From: Synechococcus sp. UW140 | GTDB taxonomy: Bacteria; Cyanobacteriota; Cyanobacteriia; PCC-6307; Cyanobiaceae | Direction: 5' to 3' | Assembly: GCA_943371515.1 (NCBI GenBank) | Contig: CALRVC020000006.1 | Location: 50,435-114,434 of the forward strand | DNA length: 64,000 nucleotides | Part shown: one piece after another, positions 1 through 9,132 of the stretch | Position numbering within the stretch: position 1 is the first letter of the stretch | Layout of the letters: the number at the start of each line of letters is the position of its first letter | The notes under the pieces: generated by a model | Seen by the model: the letters and a program-made list of their open reading frames with translations, nothing else | What the model was told of the DNA's origin: nothing | Database searches by the model: none | Position numbers and translations under genes: made by a program

Positions 1-1
1 C

Positions 2-1015
2 CCATTGGCCGATGGGTTCGCGATCAGCGGCACCTCCTTCGCCCTTTTCCAGGGAATGTTCGCGATCATCACCCCTGCCCTGATTTCGGGTGCCGTGGTT
101 GAACGGATCAACTTCAAGGCCTGGTTCTGGTTCTGCCTGCTCTGGAGCCTCCTCATCTATTGCCCCATGGCCCATATGGTGTGGGGCGGCGGTTTTCTCG
201 GCAGCTTTGGAATTGGCGCGGTCGACTTTGCCGGCGGCACCGTGGTCCACATCGCCTCCGGTGTGGCGGCTCTGGTGTCGGCGGCCATCGTCGGGGCCCG
301 CACCGGCTACCCCGAAAGCGTACGTCCACCCCACAATGTGACCCACATCCTTCTGGGCGCGGGCCTGTTGTGGTTCGGCTGGTTCGGCTTCAACGGTGCC
401 AGCTACTTTGCCGCCAAGGGAGCCGGCTTCTCGTTCCTCACCACCACCACCAGTGCCTCCGCCGGCATGCTCACCTGGTGCCTGATCGAGTGGTTCAGGA
501 ATGGAAAACCCAGTGCCGTTGGCGCCGCCAGTGGTGCCGTGGCTGGTCTTGTGGGCATCACCCCTGCCGCCGGGTTTGTCTACATGCCGCAGTCGATCCT
601 GATCGGGGCGGTCACGTCCTCAGCCTGCTTCGTAGCGGTCCAGATCTCCGGCTTCGGAGGTTACGGCGGGACCAAAAAAACCATGCTGGATGAATCCCTC
701 GACGCCTTCTCCGTTCATGGCGTCGGCGGTACGGTCGGCGCCCTCCTCACCGGAATCCTGGCTGCCAAGGAACTTGTTCCTGCCGACTACTTTCCCGTTT
801 CGGCAGAGCTGCTGGCAACCGGTGGAAACTTCGCCCTGTTCGTAGCCCAGTTCAAGGCTGTCCTGATCACCTATGGTTTTGTGGGACTCGGTACAGTCAT
901 CATTCTGAAGGGCTTGGGCGCAATTATGCCCCTGCGTGTCACTCCTCAGGATGAAGAACGTGGACTCGACTACGTAGCCCATGGCGAAGATGCCTATGAA
1001 CCCATGACCTCCTGA
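2..1015 (+). CDS. amtB: Ammonium transporter (5' end outside window)
   Basis: FQGMFAIITPALISGA, DFAGGTVVH, LWFGWFGFN, GLVGITP and DAFSVHG motifs; twin His present. Confidence 0.96.
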   Translation, partial: PLADGFAISGTSFALFQGMFAIITPALISGAVVERINFKAWFWFCLLWSLLIYCPMAHMVWGGGFLGSFGIGAVDFAGGTVVHIASGVAALVSAAIVGARTGYPESVRPPHNVTHILLGAGLLWFGWFGFNGASYFAAKGAGFSFLTTTTSASAGMLTWCLIEWFRNGKPSAVGAASGAVAGLVGITPAAGFVYMPQSILIGAVTSSACFVAVQISGFGGYGGTKKTMLDESLDAFSVHGVGGTVGALLTGILAAKELVPADYFPVSAELLATGGNFALFVAQFKAVLITYGFVGLGTVIILKGLGAIMPLRVTPQDEERGLDYVAHGEDAYEPMTS

Positions 1016-1026
1016 GGCCCTCTCCA

Positions 1027-1365
1027 ATGCAGCAGATCACAGCAATCGTCCGTCCTTCCAAGGTGGACGCCGTCAAGGAAGCTCTTGTTGCTCTTGATGT
1101 GGTTGGCCTCACGCTCACCGAAGTGCGGGGCTTCGGCAGGCAGAAAGGCCAGGTGGAACGGTATCGCGGCAACGAGTTCAGGGTAGATTTCCTGCCCAAG
1201 GTGCGGCTCACCACCGTGGTTCCCGACGACAAGGTGGAGGCCGCCATCTCCGCCATCAGTGAGGCGGCCCACACCGGAGTGATCGGTGATGGCAAGATCT
1301 TCGTCACCCCGGTGAGCATCGTTGTGAGGATCCGCACCGGCGAACGCGGCGAAGCGGCTCTCTGA
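1027..1365 (+). CDS. glnK: P-II nitrogen regulatory protein (GlnK-like, amt-linked)
   Basis: EVRGFGRQKG, ERYRG and GDGKIFV..RIRTGE motifs; 112 aa; directly downstream of amt. Confidence 0.93.
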   Translation: MQQITAIVRPSKVDAVKEALVALDVVGLTLTEVRGFGRQKGQVERYRGNEFRVDFLPKVRLTTVVPDDKVEAAISAISEAAHTGVIGDGKIFVTPVSIVVRIRTGERGEAAL

Positions 1366-1370
1366 GCGAC

Positions 1371-1398
1371 AGCCCCCCACCGGCGCGGGGGCTTTTCC
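1371..1398 (+). terminator. Intrinsic terminator after amt-glnK
   Basis: AGCCCCC...GGGGGCT stem followed by TTTT. Confidence 0.7.
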
Positions 1399-1429
1399 AT
1401 AGAGTTGCTGCCAACCGAGGCCTGCTGCC

Positions 1430-2626
1430 ATGGACACCCGCGCCTTCAAACGCTCGCTGCACCACTCCGAGCGCTACAACCGCCGCGGTTTCGGTCTGGG
1501 TGAGCAGGTGGCCGTCAACCTCAAGCAGGCCTATCAGAGCGAGCTGATCGCCACGATCCGCGAGAACGGCTACGAGCTGCGCCATGGCCGGCTGACCGTG
1601 CGCCTGGCGGAGGCCTTCGGCTTCTGCTGGGGGGTGGAGCGCGCCGTGGCCATGGCCTATGAAACGCGCCGTCACTACCCGAGCGAGCGGATCTGGATCA
1701 CCAACGAAATCATCCACAATCCCTCGGTGAACGCGCATCTGCGCGACATGAACGTGTTGTTCATCCGCGTCGAGGAAGGGGTCAAGGACTTCTCAGAGGT
1801 GGGCATCGGTGATGTGGTGATCCTGCCGGCCTTCGGTGCCACCGTGCAGGAAATGCAGCTCCTGAACGAGCGCGGCTGTCACATTGTCGACACCACCTGC
1901 CCCTGGGTCTCCAAGGTGTGGAACACCGTGGAGAAGCACAAGAAGCACGCCTTCAGCTCGATCATCCACGGCAAGGTGAAGCACGAGGAAACACTCGCCA
2001 CCAGCTCCTTCGCCGGCACCTATCTGGTGGTGCTGGATCTGGCCGAGGCCCAGATGGTCTGCGATTACATCCTGGGCAAGGGAGACCGAGAGGCCTTCAT
2101 CACCCACTTCGCCAAGGCGTCCTCCCCGGGATTCGATCCCGACCTGGATCTGGTGCGCGTCGGTGTGGCCAATCAGACGACGATGCTCAAGAGTGAAACC
2201 GAGGAAATCGGGCGCATGTTCGAGCACACCATGCTGCAGCGCTACGGTCCGGCAGAACTCAACGACCACTTCCTGGCCTTCAACACCATCTGCGACGCCA
2301 CCCAGGAGCGGCAGGACGCCATGTTCTCCCTGGTGGATGAACCGCTCGATCTGATGGTCGTCATCGGCGGGTACAACTCCTCGAACACCACGCACCTTCA
2401 GGAGATCGCCATCAGCCGCGGCATCCGCTCCTTCCACATCGATACACCAGAGCGGATCGGGCCTGGCAACCGCATCGAGCACATGCCCCTTGGGGGCGAT
2501 CTGGAGGTGGTGACGCCCTTCCTGCCGGAGGGTCCCCTGCGCGTGGGGATCACCTCCGGCGCCTCGACTCCCGACCGGGTGGTGGAGGACGTGATCCGCC
2601 ACCTCATGGAGCTTTGCGGCAACTGA
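1430..2626 (+). CDS. ispH: 4-hydroxy-3-methylbut-2-enyl diphosphate reductase
   Basis: [37 protein letters not shown] and TSGASTP motifs. Confidence 0.97.
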   Translation: MDTRAFKRSLHHSERYNRRGFGLGEQVAVNLKQAYQSELIATIRENGYELRHGRLTVRLAEAFGFCWGVERAVAMAYETRRHYPSERIWITNEIIHNPSVNAHLRDMNVLFIRVEEGVKDFSEVGIGDVVILPAFGATVQEMQLLNERGCHIVDTTCPWVSKVWNTVEKHKKHAFSSIIHGKVKHEETLATSSFAGTYLVVLDLAEAQMVCDYILGKGDREAFITHFAKASSPGFDPDLDLVRVGVANQTTMLKSETEEIGRMFEHTMLQRYGPAELNDHFLAFNTICDATQERQDAMFSLVDEPLDLMVVIGGYNSSNTTHLQEIAISRGIRSFHIDTPERIGPGNRIEHMPLGGDLEVVTPFLPEGPLRVGITSGASTPDRVVEDVIRHLMELCGN

Positions 2627-2676
2627 GGGCGAATGCCGGTAGCGGCTGAGCGGAGCCCCTGCCAACCCTCAGCTAC

Positions 2677-3492
2677 ATGGCTGTCACAACCGCCCCGGCC
2701 GCCCATGCAAGCTGCAGTTACATTGATTCATCGTCTCCCGCCATCACGGGGTACTTGCTCGGGCATCGAGGAGATCGAACAATTTTGAGCACCGCCCTGT
2801 CCCGCGACGCCTCGACAACCGTGGCCTTTGCCCAGGATCCGGAGTCTGCCCACTGCCCTCCAGCCGAAGCCCTGCCCCTGCGCCATAGCGACGATCTTCG
2901 GGTTCGCCGGTACAGCAGCCGCTTCGCCGATGTCATGGAGATGCGGGCACCGTCCCACTCCGTGGCCACCTATCTCGACCACCACGATGGCTGGTTCCGG
3001 CGTTGCGCAGCTCCGATGACGGTGCAACCGCTCGGGCCCAATGGCTATGCCCTGACCCTGGGGCGCTTCGGCAATTTCGGCTTCGAGGTGGAACCCACCA
3101 TCGGCCTGGAGCTCCTGCCCCAGAGCGAAGGCATCTATCGCATCGTCACGGCGGCTTTGAGCGACCCCGACGCCAGCCTGCAGGAGATCTACGACGTCGA
3201 ATTCAACGCCGCCCTGCAACTGGAGCAGGGCTCAGAGGGCGAGCCTGATCCAGGGACAGAGGCCGGTGCCGGCATCCTCACCCAGGTGCGCTGGGAACTC
3301 GACCTGTGCGTGTGGATCCGGCTGCCAGCGGTGATCGGTCTGCTTCCCGACAAGCTGGTCCAATCCAGCGGCGATCACCTGCTGCGTCAGATCGTGCGTC
3401 AGATCTCGCGCAAGCTCACCTGGAAGGTCCAGGAAGACTTTCACGCCACCCACGAGCTGGCATGCCCGCCCCGACGCCGAGCTCCCTTCTGA
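2677..3492 (+). CDS. DUF1997 family protein (true start probably downstream)
   Basis: YLDHHDGWFRRCAAPM, LGRFGNFGFEVEP and LTWKVQEDFH, typical of cyanobacterial DUF1997. Confidence 0.75.
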   Translation: MAVTTAPAAHASCSYIDSSSPAITGYLLGHRGDRTILSTALSRDASTTVAFAQDPESAHCPPAEALPLRHSDDLRVRRYSSRFADVMEMRAPSHSVATYLDHHDGWFRRCAAPMTVQPLGPNGYALTLGRFGNFGFEVEPTIGLELLPQSEGIYRIVTAALSDPDASLQEIYDVEFNAALQLEQGSEGEPDPGTEAGAGILTQVRWELDLCVWIRLPAVIGLLPDKLVQSSGDHLLRQIVRQISRKLTWKVQEDFHATHELACPPRRRAPF

Positions 3493-3511
3493 CAACCTTC
3501 TGAGCAAGGCC

Positions 3512-3976
3512 TCAGCGCTCGGTCCAGATCTTGTTGACGATCTGCATACCAGTGACCGCCTGCCAGAGGAAGAGGGTCATCAGGGTCATGTTCAGGCCGA
3601 CGTGAGCCTTGCGGGCAATCAGATTGCCCTTGAGCATCAATGGGGAGAGGGAGGCCGCCACGGCGATCAGGCTGACCATGGCGATGCCCACCAGCAGGTG
3701 AGGACCCACGAACAGCTTGCCGTTGTTGATGTAGGTGACGGCCATGCCGCCGAAGCTGCCGAGCACCATCACCGCCAGCACGATCGAGCCGATCTGGAAG
3801 TGGCGCTGACCGAACTTGCCCTTGATCAGCTCCTTGCGTTGCTCCGCATCGGCGGTGCGGGTCTTCTTGGCCTTGATGCCCAGGATCAGGGCATAGCCGG
3901 AGAGGGCCAGCAACACCCACATCAGCAGCGGGTGCAAAAAATTCAGATTGAAAGCGAGAGCGTCAGGCATGGTCAC
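3512..3976 (-). CDS. DUF4079 family membrane protein
   Basis: HPLLMW, RHFQIGS, GPHLLVG and AHVGLN motifs; 4 hydrophobic segments. Confidence 0.8.
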   Translation of the reverse strand: MTMPDALAFNLNFLHPLLMWVLLALSGYALILGIKAKKTRTADAEQRKELIKGKFGQRHFQIGSIVLAVMVLGSFGGMAVTYINNGKLFVGPHLLVGIAMVSLIAVAASLSPLMLKGNLIARKAHVGLNMTLMTLFLWQAVTGMQIVNKIWTER

Positions 3977-4050
3977 GGGGTGAAGCCGTTGGCAGCGAAA
4001 CTACTGCTTCACATTCTCCCCGTGCCGTTCAGCACCCACGGCTGCCCCGT

Positions 4051-5604
4051 TCAGTGCAGAAAGTGCCGGCGGCCGGTGCAGATCATCGCCAGATCGAGCT
4101 GGTCACAAGCCTGGATCGACTCCCCGTCGCGCATGCTGCCGCCCGGCTGGATCAACGCGGTGATCCCGTGCTCCGCCGCCAGCCGCACGCTGTCAGCGAA
4201 GGGGAAGAAACCATCACTGGCGAGCACCGCCCCCTGGCTGGCCACTCCAGCCGACTCCAGGGCGAGCCGGGCGGAGCCGACCCGGTTCATCTGGCCGGCA
4301 CCGATCCCCAGGCTGACCCCGCCCCTGGCCACCACGATCGCGTTGGAGCGCACATGGCGCACCAGGCGCCAGGCGAAACGCAGGTCGTCGAGCTCGGCGG
4401 GGCTGGGCGGCCGCTGACTGACGACCTGCCAATCGACTTCGCTGACGGGCTGGTCATCGAGGTCCTGGGACAGGAGACCGCCGAGCACGGTGCGCAGCTG
4501 GCGCCGCGGCGCCAGAGCCACTGCCGCCGCGGGCAGCTCCAGCAGGCGCAGGTTGGCCTTGACCCCCAACCGCGCGAGGGCCTCCTCGCTGTAACCGGGC
4601 GCCACAACGCATTCCAGGAACAGGCTGGTGAGCTGCTCGGCACTGGCCCCATCGACCCCAGTGTTGAGGGCGACAATGCCTCCGAAGGCCGAGACCGAAT
4701 CCGCCTCCAAGGCCCGCTGCAGGGCCTCGGAGGCGCTTCTGCCCTCGGCCGCACCGCAGGGGTTGGTGTGTTTCACCACAACAGCCGCGGGCTTCACGTC
4801 GGTGCCGTAACCGAACTCCCTCACGGTGGCCAGGGCCGCATCGAGGTCGAGCAGGTTGTTGAAGCTGAGCTCCTTGCCCTGCAGCTGCCGGGCCCCGCCC
4901 CAGCCCGCCCCGGGCTCGCTGTACCAGCCGGCCTGCTGGTGGGGGTTCTCGCCGTAGCGCAGGGGCTGGCGCAAGGGCAACTCCAGCCGCAGAGGAAGCT
5001 CCTGCTCCACCGCCGCAGGCTCCAGCTTCTCCGCCAGCCAGCCGCTGATGGCACTGTCGTAACTGGCGGTGTGACGGAAGGCCTCCAGGGCGAGCTGGCG
5101 GCGCAGGGAGGCATCGACACGACCGTCGGCCAGGGCCGCGAGGAAGTCGCCGTACTGGCCGGGGTCAGTGAGCACCGCCACGTCAGCATGGTTCTTGGCG
5201 GCGGCACGCACCATGGCCGGGCCACCGATGTCGATTGTTTCCACAGCCGTCTCCCAGGAGACAGCTGGGTCGGCCACCGTTTCGCGGAAGGGATAGAGGT
5301 TCACCACCACCACATCGATTGGGGTGATCGCCTGGGACTCCAGATCAGCTCGGTGGGCTGGATCCTCCCGGCGGGCCAGGATGCCGCCGTGAATACGCGG
5401 ATGCAGGGTCTTGACCCGGCCGCCGAGAATTTCCGGTGATCCGGTGTGATCGGCCACCCGGGTCACCGGCAGGCCGGCGGCGGCCAGGATGGCCGCGGTG
5501 CCGCCGCTGGAGAGCAGGCTGTAGCCATGGCGGTGATGCAGGGCCGTGGCGAGTTCCACCAAGCCCTGCTTGTCCGACACACTCAGCAGCGCGGTGGGGG
5601 CCAT
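4051..5604 (-). CDS. purH: Bifunctional AICAR formyltransferase / IMP cyclohydrolase
   Basis: ALLSVSDK, GRVKTLHP, IDIGGP, LRYGENPHQ, KHTNPCG and ASDGFFPF motifs. Confidence 0.98.
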   Translation of the reverse strand: MAPTALLSVSDKQGLVELATALHHRHGYSLLSSGGTAAILAAAGLPVTRVADHTGSPEILGGRVKTLHPRIHGGILARREDPAHRADLESQAITPIDVVVVNLYPFRETVADPAVSWETAVETIDIGGPAMVRAAAKNHADVAVLTDPGQYGDFLAALADGRVDASLRRQLALEAFRHTASYDSAISGWLAEKLEPAAVEQELPLRLELPLRQPLRYGENPHQQAGWYSEPGAGWGGARQLQGKELSFNNLLDLDAALATVREFGYGTDVKPAAVVVKHTNPCGAAEGRSASEALQRALEADSVSAFGGIVALNTGVDGASAEQLTSLFLECVVAPGYSEEALARLGVKANLRLLELPAAAVALAPRRQLRTVLGGLLSQDLDDQPVSEVDWQVVSQRPPSPAELDDLRFAWRLVRHVRSNAIVVARGGVSLGIGAGQMNRVGSARLALESAGVASQGAVLASDGFFPFADSVRLAAEHGITALIQPGGSMRDGESIQACDQLDLAMICTGRRHFLH

Positions 5605-5741
5605 GGACGGTCGTGATGGCGTGCTGGCCACAACTTACGCAGCAGAAGCCCCCCCCAACAGCACCAACCGCGCAGCACCATGTCCCCAGCTCCGGCCCTG
5701 ACGCCGGCACCCCCACCCGAGCGCGCCAGGACCCCATTGCC

Positions 5742-6347
5742 ATGACGGACGACCTTCTGATCCGCGGACCCGCCGCCGCCGAGCAACGGCTGGTGCTGCT
5801 GCATGGCTGGGGCGCCGATGCCGACGACCTGCTGGATCTGGGTGAGGAACTCGCCAGCCGCGACACGGGGGTGATCAGCCTGCGCGCCCCCGAACCCCAC
5901 CCCTACGGAGTCGGGCGCCAGTGGTATGACCTGCAGCAGCCGGAGTGGCCAGGCCTGGCGGAGGCCCGGCTCCTGCTGCGCCAGCGGCTGGAGGCCCTGG
6001 CGGACAGCCTGCCCCTGGAGCAGACCATTGTTCTCGGCTTCTCCCAGGGGGCTGCCATGGCCCTGGATGTGGCCGGCGATCTGCCGGTGGCCGGGGTGAT
6101 CGGCTGCAGCGGCTATCCCCACCCCGGCTGGAGCCCGCAATCCCCCTTACCGCCGATCCTGCTCACCCACGGCCGAGAGGACCCGGTGGTGCCCTATGGC
6201 GCCAGCGAAGAGCTGCAGCGGCTCTGGCGGAGCGCCGGGGGGGAGAGTGAGTTACTGGGCTTCCCAGGGGGCCACAGCATTGACCCGGCCCTTTTCCCCG
6301 CTCTGCGCTCCTTCCTGCAGAGACACTGGCCGCAGCCATCCCCATAG
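5742..6347 (+). CDS. Phospholipase/carboxylesterase (alpha/beta hydrolase)
   Basis: LHGWGA, GFSQGAAM nucleophile elbow, HGREDPVV, GGH. Confidence 0.9.
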   Translation: MTDDLLIRGPAAAEQRLVLLHGWGADADDLLDLGEELASRDTGVISLRAPEPHPYGVGRQWYDLQQPEWPGLAEARLLLRQRLEALADSLPLEQTIVLGFSQGAAMALDVAGDLPVAGVIGCSGYPHPGWSPQSPLPPILLTHGREDPVVPYGASEELQRLWRSAGGESELLGFPGGHSIDPALFPALRSFLQRHWPQPSP

Positions 6348-6350
6348 ACA

Positions 6351-6382
6351 AACCCCTGTGGATCCATGGATCCACAGGGGTT
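6351..6382. repeat. Perfect 32-bp palindrome between convergent genes (probable bidirectional terminator)
   Basis: AACCCCTGTGGATCCATGGATCCACAGGGGTT equals its own reverse complement. Confidence 0.9.
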
Positions 6383-6410
6383 GATCGGGGCAGCGCCCCA
6401 GGGGCAGACT

Positions 6411-6782
6411 TCAGACGAAAGCGTATTCGTACTCTTCCATCTCTTCCCAGTCGTCGGAGCCGGTGGACTCAAGGCCGGCGAAGAGGTTGTCTTCACCGAC
6501 CTGATCGACGATCAGGCGCAGGGAGGGGAAGAGGAAGTGGTTCTCCTCGGCGTACTGGGCGCTGAACAGGCCCTTCTCACCCCAGAAGAAACGATCGGTG
6601 GTGTGCTCGTTGCGGCGGACGTTGAGCAGTGCGGGCGCTTCAAGGCCGGTTTCGGCGATGTAGCGGCGGGCTGCGGTGACCGGCTTGTGCTCTCCGGTCT
6701 CAAGGTTGTGGGTGGGCACGTGGGCGAGCACGCGCTGACCGGCGAGACGACGGCGACTGATCCGCTTGCGCTTCTTGGACAT
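6411..6782 (-). CDS. DUF3155 family protein
   Basis: MSKKRKRISRRRLAGQRVLAH, RRNEHTTDRFFWGEKGLFSAQYAEENHFLFPSL. Confidence 0.85.
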   Translation of the reverse strand: MSKKRKRISRRRLAGQRVLAHVPTHNLETGEHKPVTAARRYIAETGLEAPALLNVRRNEHTTDRFFWGEKGLFSAQYAEENHFLFPSLRLIVDQVGEDNLFAGLESTGSDDWEEMEEYEYAFV

Positions 6783-7094
6783 GAAACAACTCCCTAGGGG
6801 GAGATGGAGAGGGATGGAGAGGATGGGGCGGTCTCGCAGGACGAGACAAATCTGCTGAGCGCTCCCTGGGGAAGCGCAGGCACGTCCAGACATCTGGCTA
6901 CCGGGAGCGGAATTCCTGGGGCGGCTGCTGGCAGCTGCTCAGGGAATCGCCAGACAGGGAGCAACTCGGAGGCATCCCAGGGAATGCCTCCGAACAGCGG
7001 AGGGACGGGTCTCTCTCTGCTGTAGCCTCGTTTGCAGAAAAGTGCAACCGATGCGTTCGCCCCTGCACCTGGAGGTCCGCTCGCGGACCGCGAA

Positions 7095-7108
7095 GTAGTG
7101 GTCGATAC
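7095..7108. promoter_or_regulatory. Candidate NtcA binding site
   Basis: GTA-GTGGTCGA-TAC is an exact GTA-N8-TAC match in the divergent intergenic region. Confidence 0.5.
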
Positions 7109-7187
7109 GTAAATCTTAAGGCAAAATCCCAGATTTCAACCACGGTTCCCGGAACTTCTTTTTGCAGGCTTTCCCGGCCAGGCCACG

Positions 7188-8303
7188 ATGCAGGTGTCGC
7201 CGCATTTCCTGACCTTGCTGCGCTTGCAGCTCGAGCAGTTCTCCGACCGCAGCGACATCCGCTCTCTGGTGGTCTATCTGGCCATTCCCCGCGCTGACGG
7301 CAAGCCGGCCCTGATGCCGGCAGGCCACTGGCCTCCACAACGCATGGCCCTTCCCCCCGTCGAGGAAGACAAGACTCTGTTGCTGCCCAGTGAGCAGCGC
7401 CGCTGGCTGCCCCTGCGCCACCAGAGCACCCTGCTGGGCGCCCTGCGGGTGGAACTGGCTGGGAATGCCTGGCCAGCCAACCTCCATCCACGGCTGCAGG
7501 CGGCGGCCCAGGTCCTCACCGAGGCCTTGCTGCTGGATCTGGAGCACCAACGCCTGACCGAGCAGCTGGAGCGGCAGCAGCAGCAGTTGCGCCTGCTGGT
7601 GCACCAGATGCGCAACCCCCTGGCCGCCCTGCGCACCTTTGCCCAGCTGCTCAAACGACGCCTCGAGGGCGATCCCGAGAACCGCGCACTGGTGGAGAAC
7701 CTGCTGGTGGAAGGGCAGCAGCTTCACCGTTACATCGAAGCGATCGACGGGCTCACGGATCCAGCGGCGCTCCAGTCCGGCCCCCAGAGCTCAGGCCCCC
7801 TGCTGCTGCCGCCGTCCCTCCACACCGGCAACGCCGCACCCCTGCAGGAGCGAATCGAACCCCTGCTGCAGCGCGCAGCCGCCACAGCAACCCTGCAGGG
7901 GCGCCCCTGGCAGGGCCCCAGCTCGTTGCCGGACTGGCGCGGCGACAGCGCCGCCGTGGCCGAAATTCTGGCCAACCTGCTGGAGAACGCCTTCCGTTAC
8001 AGCCCCGAAGGCAGCAGCGTGGGACTGCACACCGCCATGGCGCCTGGCGGAAGCCCCAGGCTCACGGTCTGGGATGGCGGAAGGGCGATCTCACCGGACG
8101 AGCGGGAGGCGATCTTCGGACGGGGGATCCGGGGGGAGCGGGGCCAGGCCCTTCCTGGCACGGGACTGGGGCTGGCACTGGCCAGGGATCTGGCCCGCAG
8201 CCTGGGCGGTGAACTGAGTCTGCTCTGCCCCCCCAACCTCGCTGCCAGCGAGCTCCCCGAAGCCGGCAACGCCTTCCTGCTGGAGCTGCCGCCCAGCGCC
8301 TAG
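7188..8303 (+). CDS. Sensor histidine kinase, Hik2/CSK-like
   Basis: H box HQMRNPLAALRTF, N box NLLENAFRYS, WDGG, G box GTGLGLA; degenerate N-terminal GAF-like region. Confidence 0.85.
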   Translation: MQVSPHFLTLLRLQLEQFSDRSDIRSLVVYLAIPRADGKPALMPAGHWPPQRMALPPVEEDKTLLLPSEQRRWLPLRHQSTLLGALRVELAGNAWPANLHPRLQAAAQVLTEALLLDLEHQRLTEQLERQQQQLRLLVHQMRNPLAALRTFAQLLKRRLEGDPENRALVENLLVEGQQLHRYIEAIDGLTDPAALQSGPQSSGPLLLPPSLHTGNAAPLQERIEPLLQRAAATATLQGRPWQGPSSLPDWRGDSAAVAEILANLLENAFRYSPEGSSVGLHTAMAPGGSPRLTVWDGGRAISPDEREAIFGRGIRGERGQALPGTGLGLALARDLARSLGGELSLLCPPNLAASELPEAGNAFLLELPPSA

Positions 8304-9079
8304 CCCGCCCCAGCCACGAGGGCGGCCAGGGCCAGCAGCAGCAGGGTCAAGCTCTCCACCCATTCCACGCAGGCGCCATAGCTGTCACCGCTGTGGCCCC
8401 CCAGGCGGCGGCCCAGCCCCAGCGGCACCAGCCACACCGGCAGCAGGCCCAGCCAGCCCTGCCAGGGCCAACCCATCGACGCCGCCACCAGGGTGAGCGG
8501 CACCAGCAACACCAGCGCTGGTCTGAGCTCCCGGCCGAGGCCGAGCCAGTGCCGCTGATGAAACGCGGCCGTGCCGGCGGGCCGCAGGTATGGGAAGAGA
8601 TGCATGGCCAGCAACGGGGCGATGCGGCCCCACACCCCAGCCCAGACCAGGCCGAGAGCCACCAGGGGACCGAGGTTCAGCTCCGCCAGGGTGAGCAGCG
8701 CGGCCGCCCGCAGCAACAGCACCTGGACCAGGGCCAGCACCCCACTGGCCCCGACCCGGCTGTCGTCCATCGCCTCCAGGGCCCGCTCGCCGGCCGCCAG
8801 GCCATCGGCCGTGTCCATCACCCCATCGGCGTGGATGCCGCCCGTCAGCCAGAGGCCAAAGGCCAGGACCAGAGCGACGCGGGCCCCTCCCGGGAGCCAG
8901 GGTTCCGCCAGGCACCAGAGCAGGCCCTGCAGCAGGCCCTGCAGCAGGCCGATCCACGGGGCGAAGCGGGCAATCCGCTCAAAGCGGGGCTGCAGCCGTG
9001 GCCAGGCGGGCAGCACCGTATAGAAGATCCAGGCCCCGGCCAGATCGCGCAGCCAGGAAGGCGCCGCCAGGGGCCTCAT
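8300..9079 (-). CDS. cobS: Adenosylcobinamide-GDP ribazoletransferase
   Basis: TGGIHADGVMDTADG, MDDSRVGASG and GGHSGDSYGA motifs. Confidence 0.95.
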   Translation of the reverse strand: MRPLAAPSWLRDLAGAWIFYTVLPAWPRLQPRFERIARFAPWIGLLQGLLQGLLWCLAEPWLPGGARVALVLAFGLWLTGGIHADGVMDTADGLAAGERALEAMDDSRVGASGVLALVQVLLLRAAALLTLAELNLGPLVALGLVWAGVWGRIAPLLAMHLFPYLRPAGTAAFHQRHWLGLGRELRPALVLLVPLTLVAASMGWPWQGWLGLLPVWLVPLGLGRRLGGHSGDSYGACVEWVESLTLLLLALAALVAGAG

Positions 9080-9132
9080 CGCCCACTCCACGGCGAACGA
9101 ACTAAGTTCAACGCCGAACCGTTCCAGCCGCC

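Noticed and set aside
640-690. Short GFGGYGGTKKTM insertion in Amt before DESLD
   Set aside because: Probably a variable cytoplasmic loop; conserved pore residues are intact and there is no evidence of functional novelty.
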